Program-made: the position numbers and the translations under genes
Shown: piece after piece, positions 26,815 to 35,679 of the stretch
Layout of the letters: each line of letters opens with the position of its first letter
Numbering within the stretch: position 1 is the stretch's first letter
The notes under the pieces: generated by a model
What the model was told of the DNA's origin: nothing
The model's input: the letters and a program-made list of their open reading frames with translations, nothing else
Databases searched by the model: none
Assembly: GCA_022571295.1 (NCBI GenBank)
Contig: JACZYA010000001.1
Span: forward strand, 1-60,680
Source of the DNA: Acidobacteriota bacterium
GTDB lineage: Bacteria; Acidobacteriota; Terriglobia; Acidiferrales; 2-02-FULL-67-57
Direction of reading: 5' to 3'
Length of the DNA stretch: 60,680 bases

Positions 26815-27866
26815 GCTTCGTCAAAACTCCTCAGACCCAGGCCGACACAGACGGACAGCCGTGGGGCAATTTCCTGAATGTACTCATCGCTGAATTTCGC
26901 CGGGTTATAGGTGATGCGGCGGAAGGGATCGAGCTCCTCCACCGGCATCTGGAACTCCTCCCGCAACATGTCCAGCAAGCCCGGAGTGCGCGCCGCACCG
27001 CCCGCGGCGTAGAGGTGGGAAATAAGCTCGGCCCCGGCGGTGGCGCGGAAGAAGTCAAACGTCTTCTGGATTTCCAGCACCAGGATTTCGGAGACCGAAC
27101 GCAGCACCGCCGACTTCTGCTCCTCGCTCACGCCCGGCATCGCCTGCCCGCGCTTGAGGTTTTCGGCATCTTCAAAACTCAGCTCCAACTCTTTCTGCAG
27201 CGCATCGGTGTACTGGTTGCCGCCGACTGAGACGTCCCGGGTGAACAGCGGAGCGCCGCCGCGGACGATGTTGATGTTCATCACGCTGGCGCCGATGTTG
27301 AGCAAGGCGACGGTCGTGTCGGGATCGGGCTCGTAGTTGACCTCGAAAGCGTTCTGCAAAGCAAAAGCGTCCACATCCACCAACGCCAGGGTGCGGCCGA
27401 TCAACGCGCTCTGGTAGTTGTTGATCTTTTCGCGCTTGACCGCCACCAGCAACACCTCCAGCGCGTCGCCGGTCGGGCTGGCGCCCAGCACCTGATAGTC
27501 CAAGCTGACGTCGGCAATGTCAAAGGGAATGTACTGGCCGGCGTCGGCATACACCTGGTCCCAGAGCTCGTCGTCGGGAAGGGCGGGCAGCGTGACTTTC
27601 TTGATAATCACCGAGTGCCCCGAAACCGACGTGGCGACGTTCTTGTTCTTGACCTTCTGCGAGGTGTAGATGCGGTCAATGCTCGAGGAGACCGTCAGCG
27701 CATCGATGATGGCCCCGTCCACGACCGTTTCCGGGGAGAGAGGTTCCAGCCCTACGCTAACCAACTCGTAGCTTTCCCGGGATTTCTTGAGCTCGACCAC
27801 TTTGACCGAGCTCGACCCGATATCCAAACCCACCACTGGCTTCCGTCTTTTACCGAAAAGCCCCAT
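26811..27866 (-). CDS. pilM: Pilus assembly ATPase-fold protein PilM
   Basis: 351 aa. Actin-like fold start: VVGLDIGSSSVKVVELKK. Confidence 0.9.
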   Translation of the reverse strand: MGLFGKRRKPVVGLDIGSSSVKVVELKKSRESYELVSVGLEPLSPETVVDGAIIDALTVSSSIDRIYTSQKVKNKNVATSVSGHSVIIKKVTLPALPDDELWDQVYADAGQYIPFDIADVSLDYQVLGASPTGDALEVLLVAVKREKINNYQSALIGRTLALVDVDAFALQNAFEVNYEPDPDTTVALLNIGASVMNINIVRGGAPLFTRDVSVGGNQYTDALQKELELSFEDAENLKRGQAMPGVSEEQKSAVLRSVSEILVLEIQKTFDFFRATAGAELISHLYAAGGAARTPGLLDMLREEFQMPVEELDPFRRITYNPAKFSDEYIQEIAPRLSVCVGLGLRSFDEA

Positions 27867-27872
27867 GCTGTT

Positions 27873-28082
27873 CTACCCCTTTGCCCTCCGCCGCCGATTT
27901 TTGCCCTGGACGATCTTACGCTCAATCCACCGATCTAAGATGGCCTTCTTGAATTTCCATCGATTGCCCAATTTGAATGCTGGAATCCTGTCGTTGTACA
28001 CGTAGCGATACAGGGTATCGGGAGAAATCCCCAAGTAGTCCGACGCCTCCTTGATGTTCATCACTTCGCGCGGGGACACCAT
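27873..28082 (-). CDS. Small helix-turn-helix DNA-binding protein, excisionase/MerR-like HTH_17 type
   Basis: ATG at 28082. MVSPREVMNIKEASDYLGISPDTLYRYVYNDRIPAFKLGNRWKFKKAILDRWI, then a basic tail. It ends 6 nt before the pilM start. Confidence 0.7.
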   Translation of the reverse strand: MVSPREVMNIKEASDYLGISPDTLYRYVYNDRIPAFKLGNRWKFKKAILDRWIERKIVQGKNRRRRAKG

Positions 28083-28167
28083 TGACACTCCTGCGACCAT
28101 CACCGTCCTCATCCGCCCACACGCGGTGAGTCGCCTCGTGCTCAGGGAAGGCAGCGAAACTAGACTC

Positions 28168-28197
28168 ATTCTGGCTAAAGAGCAGCAGGCTTGTCAA
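28168..28197 (-). promoter_or_regulatory. Candidate sigma-70 promoter with A-rich UP-like tract for the HTH-pilMNOPQ array
   Basis: On the minus strand: TTGACA (28197-28192), 18-nt spacer, CAGAAT (28173-28168). It is preceded by CAAAACCCAAAAAAAACCAAAATTT (complement of 28201-28225). Confidence 0.45.
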
Positions 28198-28265
28198 GTG
28201 AAATTTTGGTTTTTTTTGGGTTTTGTACTCTTTTCTTCCGGAATGCTTGTCTTTCCCCTGCAGTA

Positions 28266-29720
28266 CTACCCCAGACCTAGTTGTTTCCACCGTGCAGCTA
28301 TACGAGCCCTTGTGTTTTCGTCCATCCGTATCTCGTCCGGCCAGGGGCCGCGCGCGTAGCCTTCCGAGGCCCATTTGCGCGTGGCATCAATGCCCATGTG
28401 GGAGCCGAAATCGGGGAGGCGGGCGGCGTGGTCGAGCGTATCCACCGGCCCCAGGTGGAACTCCACGTCGCGCTCGGGGTCGATGGCGCAGAGCGCCTTC
28501 CAGGCGACCTCGCCCGGGTCGTGCACGTTGACGTCCTCATCCACCACCACCAGCACCTTGGTGAACATGGCCTGCCCCAACCCCCAAATCGCGCTCATGA
28601 TCTTGCGGGCGTGGCCGGGGTAGGACTTGCGGATGGAGACAATCATCAGGTTGTGGAAGATGCCCTCGGCGGGCATGTGCACGTCCACAATTTCCGAGAA
28701 TTGCAGCTTCATGATCGGCAGCAGGATGCGCTCGATGGCGTAGCCCATGAAGTAGTCTTCCTGCGGCGGCGGGCCGACGATGGTGGTCAGGTAGATGGGG
28801 TCGCGCCGGTGGGTGACGCAGGTGACGTGGAAGACCGGATAGTCGTCGGCCAACGAGTAGTAGCCGGTGTGGTCGCCGAAGGGACCTTCGCGGCGGAGCT
28901 CGTTCAAGTCCACGTAGCCTTCCAGGATGATTTCGGCGTTGGCCGGCACTTCCAGCTCCACCGTCTCGCACTTGACCAGCTCCACCGGCGAGCGGCGCAG
29001 GAAGCCGGCCAGCAGCAGCTCGTCCACGTCGGGCGGCGCGGGAACAATGCCGCAAAAAACCGTAGCCGGGTCGGCGCCGATGGCGACGGCGACTTCCAGC
29101 TTCCCTTCCCCGTAGCGGGAGCGGGCGCGGCGGAAGTGCTCGGCGCCGTGCTTCTGCGTCTGCCAGTGCATGCCGGTGGTGCGCTCGTCGAAGACCTGCA
29201 TGCGATAGACACCCACGTTGCGTTTGCCGGTCTCCGGGTTGCGCGTGAAGACGAGGGGAAAGGTGATGAAGCGCCCGGCGTCCTGCGGCCAACACTGAAT
29301 GATGGGGAAGTCGAGCAGCGAGAAGCCCTCGCGCTTCACTACTTCCTTGCAGGGGCCGCTCTTGACCGTCTTGGGGAAGAAGGCGCCCAACTCGCCCAGC
29401 TTGGGCAGCATCTTCAGTTTGTCCACCAATCCGCTGGGCGTCTTGAAGTCGATGAAGCCGGAGATGCGGGCGGCCACTTCTTGCAGATCGTTGACCTCCA
29501 GGGCGAGGTTCATGCGGCGGTGAGTGCCGAAGAGGTTGATGGCCAGCGGGACCTTCGAACCCTTGATGTTCTCAAACAGCAGCGCCGGCCCGCCCTGCTT
29601 GGTTACGCGGTCGGTGATCTCGGTGACTTCCAGCTTCCAATCAACTTCGGCAGTGATGCGCTTCAGCTCGCCTTCTTTTTCGAGCTTCTTCAAAAACGCG
29701 CGCAGGTCTTTGTAAGCCAC
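28266..29720 (-). CDS. ubiD: UbiD-family (prenyl-FMN dependent) aromatic decarboxylase
   Basis: GTG at 29720 behind GGGAGGGAAG. (M)AYKDLRAFLKKLEKEGELKRI..., then GPALLFENIKG and the remaining UbiD core. Confidence 0.85.
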   Translation of the reverse strand: MAYKDLRAFLKKLEKEGELKRITAEVDWKLEVTEITDRVTKQGGPALLFENIKGSKVPLAINLFGTHRRMNLALEVNDLQEVAARISGFIDFKTPSGLVDKLKMLPKLGELGAFFPKTVKSGPCKEVVKREGFSLLDFPIIQCWPQDAGRFITFPLVFTRNPETGKRNVGVYRMQVFDERTTGMHWQTQKHGAEHFRRARSRYGEGKLEVAVAIGADPATVFCGIVPAPPDVDELLLAGFLRRSPVELVKCETVELEVPANAEIILEGYVDLNELRREGPFGDHTGYYSLADDYPVFHVTCVTHRRDPIYLTTIVGPPPQEDYFMGYAIERILLPIMKLQFSEIVDVHMPAEGIFHNLMIVSIRKSYPGHARKIMSAIWGLGQAMFTKVLVVVDEDVNVHDPGEVAWKALCAIDPERDVEFHLGPVDTLDHAARLPDFGSHMGIDATRKWASEGYARGPWPDEIRMDENTRARIAARWKQLGLG

Positions 29721-29807
29721 GTCACTTCCCTCCCGACCGAGTACCGCACACAACCGCAAAGCGGAGGAGAATTATGGCAGGTTCAGCCGCCCCAGGCAAA
29801 ACCTTCG

Positions 29808-30027
29808 GAAGTAGATGGCAGTGGGTCAATTCGGTCCAGCCCAGCGGTCCTTCAGGGCGAGCCCCAGCCTGCCTACCCTGCCTACCCTGCCTACCGCAGG
29901 CAGGCGCAGGCAGGCCGCTGGGAAAGCGGCACCTTCCCGGTGGCAGGGGCCACCGGGTTAGACGGGGGAGGCGAGAGTCCCAGAATTGAGAGGCCGGCGT
30001 GAAATTGGCCCGCTACCGAAGTAGATG
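29808..30027. repeat. About 210-bp structured intergenic element flanked by a 10-nt direct repeat (MITE-like)
   Basis: GAAGTAGATG occurs at 29808-29817 and again at 30018-30027. Imperfect terminal inverted repeats lie just inside: GGGTCAATTCGG versus the reverse complement of GTGAAATTGGCCC. Three consecutive hairpins sit inside the element. Confidence 0.45.
29868..29914. repeat. Tandem 9/10-nt repeats forming alternative hairpins
   Basis: Three copies of CCTGCCTAC (29868-29894) are followed directly by two copies of CGCAGGCAGG (29895-29914). CCTGCCT and AGGCAGG are reverse complements. Confidence 0.8.
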
Positions 30028-30051
30028 CGTGGCTACGTTTCTCTAAGGTGG

Positions 30052-30789
30052 TTAAAGGCCGAGGAACTGAATGGCGGCGCCGCAGAAGGCAAGGGTGCCG
30101 CCGGCGAGCGCGTGGGTGTAGCGCTCGAGTCCGGCAAAATGCCGGGGCAAGCGCTTGACCCCGGCCGCGCACACCAGCACCGCCGCCAGCATGGTCGCCA
30201 ACGTCACCGCTGCAAATGTGATCGTCACCAGCGCCACGCCCCAGTAGCTTCCCCGCGCCGCCGGATACATCAACAGCGGGATCAGCGACTCGCAAGGCCC
30301 GAAGACAAAAATCGTGAAGAGGAACCACGGGCTCAGGCGAGCGACGGATGCGGCTCGGCTCTCTCCCTCGACCGTGTGGACGTGGAGGTGGTCGCCCTGG
30401 TGTACGTGCAGGCCGACGTGCACGGTGCCGTCGGCGTGCCGGTGGAAGTGCGAGTGCGGCCGCTGGCGCGCCGCCCGTCGCAGGCCCCAGACCAGATAGA
30501 CCAAGCCGAAGGCGATCAACACATAGCCAGCCACCTGGCCACGAACCGCCTGAATGGCCTCCAGGTTCGAGACCGCCAACCCCAGCGCGATTCCGGCAAC
30601 GCCCAGCACCACCGAGCTCAGCACGTGCCCCACACCACAGGCCAGCGTGACCGCCACCGTCTTGGTGCGCGACCACCGCCCCGCTTGCGCCATGAACACA
30701 AACGGCAGGTAGTGGTCGGGGCCGAGCAGGGTGTGGAGGAAGCCGATGCTCGCGGCTGTCAGCGTCAGCAGCGTTAGCTCATTCGACAT
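30052..30789 (-). CDS. RcnA/NicO-like nickel/cobalt transporter with histidine-rich loop
   Basis: ATG at 30789 (MSNELTLL...). GFLHTLLGPDH parallels the RcnA LHGLEPGH motif. The central loop is HSHFHRHADGTVHVGLHVHQGDHLHVH, and the second half has FGPCESLIP. Confidence 0.7.
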   Translation of the reverse strand: MSNELTLLTLTAASIGFLHTLLGPDHYLPFVFMAQAGRWSRTKTVAVTLACGVGHVLSSVVLGVAGIALGLAVSNLEAIQAVRGQVAGYVLIAFGLVYLVWGLRRAARQRPHSHFHRHADGTVHVGLHVHQGDHLHVHTVEGESRAASVARLSPWFLFTIFVFGPCESLIPLLMYPAARGSYWGVALVTITFAAVTLATMLAAVLVCAAGVKRLPRHFAGLERYTHALAGGTLAFCGAAIQFLGL

Positions 30790-31323
30790 GACTTTTCCTC
30801 TCTGCCAGTTGGCCGGTTGGCTCACCCGCCGGCGGCGGGGACTTTTCCCGTCGCCGGCTTGGCGCAATTGGCAAAGTGCAGAACCCCCGTTCGATTTGCC
30901 CGCCCCGCCGAGGAGGCTGCAAGATTCAGCGGGGGAATAATACTCCCAGGAAGCGCTCGAGCGCAGAATTCTTAGCCTTATTTCAGCAACCAGCCTGCGG
31001 CGCGCGAGGCGGGAAAAGCCTGCCCTGCTTGCCCTGAGCTTGTCGAAGGGAGCCTGCGAAGGAAACTCACAACCCTCGGATTAGAAGTTCTCGGCTCGCT
31101 TCGTCCTACCATTCGGATTCAATCGGTTACAGCCGGAGAAGGTGCCCCTCAGTCGGGTAAATCTCCCTAATTTGGGCACAAGTGTTAGCCGCTTTATGCA
31201 CCACTCGTTCAAGCGGCTGATGTCCTGTACCTAGTCTCACGGTTTCGTACGGTATTCGGCAGCAAGTGTTCCCAAGTTTGCGTCGGGATTCGCCCCACAG
31301 CCGCGCCGATGTGTACTGGCTGC

Positions 31324-32148
31324 CTACTTAGTCGATTTTCTTGCAGTCAATCGCTTCATGGTTTCGAGGTAGGAAAGTGCGTCTTCTCTGCGGAGTTGCA
31401 ACTCTCGGAACAGATACTCAAAGACCAATCTGCTACGGTCAAATATCTCGATACATTCATCCTCCGACTTGGCGTGGATACCCTCGCTTGCCAAGTCATG
31501 CAACAGGTCAATGGGGTTTTGACTCCCACCAGGCCTCAAATGCGGGGGCAGAATCTTCGCGCCGAAGGTTACCTTGTCATCGAACCTCTTGGCCTTTTTT
31601 GCTTGCTCTATGGCTTGAAGTTCATCGGGCGCGAAGTCTGCCTCTCTCGCTGCTTCAGCCAAGAGATCAAGGATGTCATTCATGCGGTTTTCTACAACTC
31701 TTCGGAGATAGGCCAAAGCTCCGAGGCCGTAATTGAAGTTACGGCACCTCAAAGCCTTCTTGTACAGGTCAAGATCATGCGTGTCGAGTTTCCTCTCCAA
31801 TTCCTTGGGCAGACGGTCTTCGAGAGGTGGATATTGCCCGACCTTCATAAACTCCGTAATGCCGTCGCTCCCGGTCGCCCAGTAGAAGTAGTACCGAACG
31901 CGCTCGTTTTCGCAGTTTCGGCAGGAGTAGGAACAGTCCTCGAACCCAGTTTTGTGGTTAGAACCGGCGTAAATGTAAGTTTCCCACCACTGGTCTTTCC
32001 GGCACCTGGGGAAAAAAAGGGAGATGATTTTTGGCAGCGCCACAGTATGACCACCGCCGGTATATTTCAGAGGGCGGTAAAGCGGCCACTTTTCGAGCGC
32101 CTCACGCACTTTCGCTTCCGCCTCTTTGTCTGTGACCTGCTGTGCCAT
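31324..32148 (-). CDS. DUF4145-type protein with N-terminal Cys cluster (zinc-ribbon-like), in a lower-GC islet
   Basis: ATG at 32148 (MAQQVTD...); the ORF-track TTG at 32172 is an alternative start. The Cys cluster is CRKDQ...CSYSCRNC. The DUF4145-like architecture shows VGQYPP, LYKKALRCRNFNYGLGALAYLRRVVENRMNDILDLL and LHDLASEGIHAKSEDECIEIFDRSRLVFEYLF. Confidence 0.6.
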   Translation of the reverse strand: MAQQVTDKEAEAKVREALEKWPLYRPLKYTGGGHTVALPKIISLFFPRCRKDQWWETYIYAGSNHKTGFEDCSYSCRNCENERVRYYFYWATGSDGITEFMKVGQYPPLEDRLPKELERKLDTHDLDLYKKALRCRNFNYGLGALAYLRRVVENRMNDILDLLAEAAREADFAPDELQAIEQAKKAKRFDDKVTFGAKILPPHLRPGGSQNPIDLLHDLASEGIHAKSEDECIEIFDRSRLVFEYLFRELQLRREDALSYLETMKRLTARKSTK

Positions 32149-32608
32149 AACTGTCGTATGGTACCACTCCAAAGCACAGGGAAAGAAGGGGGATAGGGGT
32201 AGAAAATCATCAGGAAGCGAGCGCGCGTTGACCTCGCGTTAGGAGCGTGTGCGTAAAATAATTCAAAACTGTGGAAAAAAACTCCCATGATTAAACCAAA
32301 GGAGTAGAGCGATGGAAGGGGCCCCGTTCCGCCTCGGCGATTTCTGCGAGAAGACATTGGCTGTGCTCAAAGATCGTTGCCGGGAAACTTTCAATAAGGC
32401 CTCTTCCTTTTACGCTCCGTTTCTCGCCACGCTGGAATTTGAAATCGCACGGTGATCTGGCAGTGCGGGCGGGCGACGGCCAGGACCTCCGCCATGGTGA
32501 TGGCAGCGTCCATCGCGCTACCGCCACTGGCATGAACTTCCCGGAGTAGGTTCCCCACTGGGTTTGTGATATAGGAGCACGTTCAACCTTGAAGGAGAAA
32601 CTAACGTC

Positions 32609-33031
32609 ATGAGTTTAGGGCGGCTGGAACCCTTAGGGCTCCTAACGATGCGAGTTGGATTCGGACTGCTTCTGGCCTTGCGTCATGGTTGGGGCAAGGT
32701 GGTGGGGGCTTATGGCCATCTGTTCCTGGATCAGGAGTGGGGCTTCGTACATGGGGTTGAGCAGATGGGCTTCCCTGTGCCTCTTTTCTTCGCCCTCTGC
32801 ACGGCGCTGGCTGAGTTTGCCGGTGGTTTGTTCTTGGCGTTAGGGCTATTCACACGTTACGCTGCTGTTTTTGTCATCATAAACATGAGTGTAGCCGTCA
32901 CAAGGCACCTGCTTACGAACATGCGCTATGAACTAGCAACGCTTTACCTGATTGTGGCCGTTTTTCTGCTGATCCGTGGCGCAGGTAAACTGTCTTTGGA
33001 TAGTCTGCTTGGAAAGAGCACGGGCAGATGA
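32609..33031 (+). CDS. DoxX-family membrane protein
   Basis: 140 aa with four hydrophobic helices. Includes LLTMRVGFGLLLALRHGWGKV and AEFAGGLFLALGLFTR. A GAAGGAG Shine-Dalgarno lies upstream. Confidence 0.8.
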   Translation: MSLGRLEPLGLLTMRVGFGLLLALRHGWGKVVGAYGHLFLDQEWGFVHGVEQMGFPVPLFFALCTALAEFAGGLFLALGLFTRYAAVFVIINMSVAVTRHLLTNMRYELATLYLIVAVFLLIRGAGKLSLDSLLGKSTGR

Positions 33032-33158
33032 GCGCCAGCCTGCCAGCTCCATTCTGGTGCGAGCGCTGCTGTTTTACTATTGCCTGGTTCTGCGTGGGGC
33101 GAGATCGAAAATACCACGCGTGTCTTGGCCGCAAGCCGTGAAGACGAACGGGGGCCGC

Positions 33159-35660
33159 CTACCGGGCTTCTAGCGCCCGCTGCACAAACATCTTCCGGGC
33201 GGCTTCGAACTGGCTCAGGACGTGTTGCTTTTCTTTTTCCGAGCGCCAGCCGGGATGCTCCTCTGCCAACTTAGCGACCGCATCGATCCAGCGGACAAAA
33301 TACTCGGCATCCGCACGGGAGCGGATAGGCTCTTTGCCGGCATAAGCATAAATGGGACCCGTTTCGGCGAAGGGGTAGCGGTCATCTGTTGGGTGCACCG
33401 GGCGACTGCCGTAAGCGCGCAGCGTGAACCAGCCGCTGCGCTCGATGGTTTTCTCCAGCCGAAACTCGGCGCTTTTCCCACCCTCGGCAAGGGGAATAGT
33501 TGCTATGACCTCGCCATTGTGGAGAATCTCCAGCTTCTCAACCGCGACGATGCTTTGCATCCGGCCGCGGAGGATCACCGGCCCGCCTTTGGCCGGCAAG
33601 TGAGTTTCCTCGCCCAGGCCTGCGTCATTGACAGTGAATTCCAGCAGAGGGCCATTGGTAACAAAAGTTTTGCCTTTGCGAATTGCTTCCACCCATAAGT
33701 CGTAGTCCAACTGTGGACCCAAATAGGCGTAGGTACGGTTGGCGCCGATCAAGGCTGCGCGATGCAGGTCGCTGATGGAGTCCTCCCCGGCAGTCGCCGA
33801 AATCTTAAAACCACAATTCAATATGCGATGCCAAACGCGGGTGGTGCTCAAGTGGTCGGAGCCGGACATCAATTCCAAATAGTCCACCACGCCCAGGGCC
33901 ACATCGATGGGGAAGCCGCGCGCCCGGCCGTAGCCACGCGTGGCGAGATCGCTCACATCAAAGGGATGCACGTACCCGCCAATGGCTCCTTGTCGGCGGG
34001 CGAGGCGAAACATGTCGGTGTTGCTGGGGTAAAGGCTTTCGATGGCGGTGCCCTCATAGCCGGTCGTAAAAGGCGAGATGAGGTGCTCCTTCAAGTTGAT
34101 GAAAGAGATATGTCCGTAGAAAGGCGGGCGATACTCCTGGTTGAAATAGAGAAGCCGATCCGGGGTCGAGGCCGGGTCCAGGGCGCCCCGAAAGTGGCCG
34201 TAATCCAAAATGCGGTTGTCTTTGTTGGCGATGAGCTCGCCGATAACAGCCGTGTCCTCTGCCGCGGCCATGAACATCAAGTTTTCCGGGGTGTTGCGCA
34301 AGTTGCCGCCGTAGTTCATGTGCACGTGGTTGCTCCCGCTGTACCAGCCTTGGCGGGCAAGATTGGCCACCCGCACTAATGTCAGCGTGGCAGACGTCAC
34401 CGAATCGGCTTGAATCGTCACCTCTTGGGCCGCGGGCCGGTATTCAAAACCTTTCACCGCTTCCACCCGCATACGGCCCGGGGGCACGCGCAGAGTGAAA
34501 GTACCGTCGGTATGAAACAAATGCTCCCGCAGGCGTCCTATGCGATGGTAGGCATTGTCCGGGGCGTAGGTCTTCCCGTCGCTTGCCTGCGCGTAGATAC
34601 GGGCGGGGGTGGGTTGCCCGGTCGCAGCATCCACCACCCGCACGCGCAACCATCCCATCGGGCGCTTATAGCGTTTCTCTCGAATCTCAATTTTCTGCTC
34701 GCGCCCGCCGAATGTTTCCAGAATGCGAATGTCGGTCAAACCATGCTGGTTCGAAACGTAGGCGATACGGTGGCCGTCCGGAGACCAGCGGGGATGGAAG
34801 TGATCCCAGTCTCCGAAGGTCAGTTTGTAAGGTTCGCCGCCATCCGCAGGCAAAACGAAAAGGTTGTTGTGCTCACCCCCGAGGTGCGCGCTATAAACGA
34901 TGCGTGCCCCGTCAGGTGACCAATCGGGCCGGGTGCGGTAGAGAGTTTCTTCGCGATGGATGACCGTGGCGGTGGCGAAGCCGTCGGCCTCCGCCGGGAA
35001 ACGCCAGAGGGCGCCCGAGCCCAGAGGAATCCCTCGGTTGGAGAGTCCGATCAGTTCCTGGCCGTCGGGCGACCAGGTGGGTTGGATGTGCAGGTCATAC
35101 AAACCAAAATAGAGCCGGCGGGTATGGTAAGGGTTGTCCTGTGTGACTTGAATCGGTTCCCCGGCCTGCCCATTCTCGATCGGCAGGATAAAAATGTTGA
35201 ACCAGCCATTCGGGGAGGTGGAAACATAAGCGATGCGCGTTCCGTCGGGCGACCACCTCGGGTCAAGGTTTAGATGGGAGCCGTTGGTCAAGGGCCGGGC
35301 TTCTCCTGTTTCCACATCGAGCAGCATCAAGTTGATGTTGCGAGTGTCCTCTTCGGCGGTGTAAACAATCCACCGGCCATCGGGCGACCAGTCGGGCGAA
35401 GAATCGTAGGTGGGTCCGGCGGTCAATTCGTACGCCACATTCTCTCCCAACGTGATTTTCCAGAGCGACCCGTGCATGGAAAAAGCAAGCTCTTCGCCCG
35501 TGGGCGACCAGGCAGGGTAAAAGGGTGTGCTGCTGGGCGGGGGCAAGTAGTAGTTACGCAGGTAATTCCCGCCGGTCTTGGCAGCGGGAAATGCGGGAGG
35601 AATTTGAGCGACAGCCGCTAAGACAAAACTATTGAAGAGCAGCCCACACGCAAGCAGCAT
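33159..35660 (-). CDS. Secreted TolB-like beta-propeller fused to a CehA/McbA-type (PHP-like) metallohydrolase domain
   Basis: Repeated WSPDG/WSPTG propeller motifs. The hydrolase part has GWYSGSNHVHMNYGG, GGYVHPF and ATAGEDS. ATG at 35660 gives the signal peptide MLLACGLLFNSFVLAAVAQ; the GTG at 35711 would add an (EKK)3 extension. Confidence 0.8.
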   Translation of the reverse strand: MLLACGLLFNSFVLAAVAQIPPAFPAAKTGGNYLRNYYLPPPSSTPFYPAWSPTGEELAFSMHGSLWKITLGENVAYELTAGPTYDSSPDWSPDGRWIVYTAEEDTRNINLMLLDVETGEARPLTNGSHLNLDPRWSPDGTRIAYVSTSPNGWFNIFILPIENGQAGEPIQVTQDNPYHTRRLYFGLYDLHIQPTWSPDGQELIGLSNRGIPLGSGALWRFPAEADGFATATVIHREETLYRTRPDWSPDGARIVYSAHLGGEHNNLFVLPADGGEPYKLTFGDWDHFHPRWSPDGHRIAYVSNQHGLTDIRILETFGGREQKIEIREKRYKRPMGWLRVRVVDAATGQPTPARIYAQASDGKTYAPDNAYHRIGRLREHLFHTDGTFTLRVPPGRMRVEAVKGFEYRPAAQEVTIQADSVTSATLTLVRVANLARQGWYSGSNHVHMNYGGNLRNTPENLMFMAAAEDTAVIGELIANKDNRILDYGHFRGALDPASTPDRLLYFNQEYRPPFYGHISFINLKEHLISPFTTGYEGTAIESLYPSNTDMFRLARRQGAIGGYVHPFDVSDLATRGYGRARGFPIDVALGVVDYLELMSGSDHLSTTRVWHRILNCGFKISATAGEDSISDLHRAALIGANRTYAYLGPQLDYDLWVEAIRKGKTFVTNGPLLEFTVNDAGLGEETHLPAKGGPVILRGRMQSIVAVEKLEILHNGEVIATIPLAEGGKSAEFRLEKTIERSGWFTLRAYGSRPVHPTDDRYPFAETGPIYAYAGKEPIRSRADAEYFVRWIDAVAKLAEEHPGWRSEKEKQHVLSQFEAARKMFVQRALEAR

Positions 35661-35679
35661 GAGCCGATCGGTTTTCCTC

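Noticed and set aside
29868-29914. Possible CRISPR-like repeat
   Set aside because: The units are only 9-10 nt, directly abutting with no spacers, and the two unit types are reverse complements. It is a hairpin-forming microsatellite, not a CRISPR array.
11742-30002. Other long antisense ORFs in the track: 11742-13262 (+), 19513-21009 (+), 25687-26733 (+) and 28281-30002 (+)
   Set aside because: Each mirrors a confidently identified minus-strand gene (nnr, accC, pilO/pilN, ubiD) and gives a repetitive, motif-free translation. They are GC-driven open frames, not genes.
30953-30964. Perfect 12-nt palindrome GCGCTCGAGCGC about 165 nt upstream of the RcnA-like gene as a possible metal-regulator operator
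   Set aside because: It is short, GC-rich and distant from the start codon. No regulator gene is nearby, and it does not match the NikR or RcnR operator patterns I recall.
31018-31065. Stretch translating as PFDKLRA / ALSLSKG, reminiscent of a widely dispersed short repeat
   Set aside because: It is recognised only from memory of spurious ORF translations. There is a single copy in this window, and I cannot verify the family or its boundaries without a genome-wide search.
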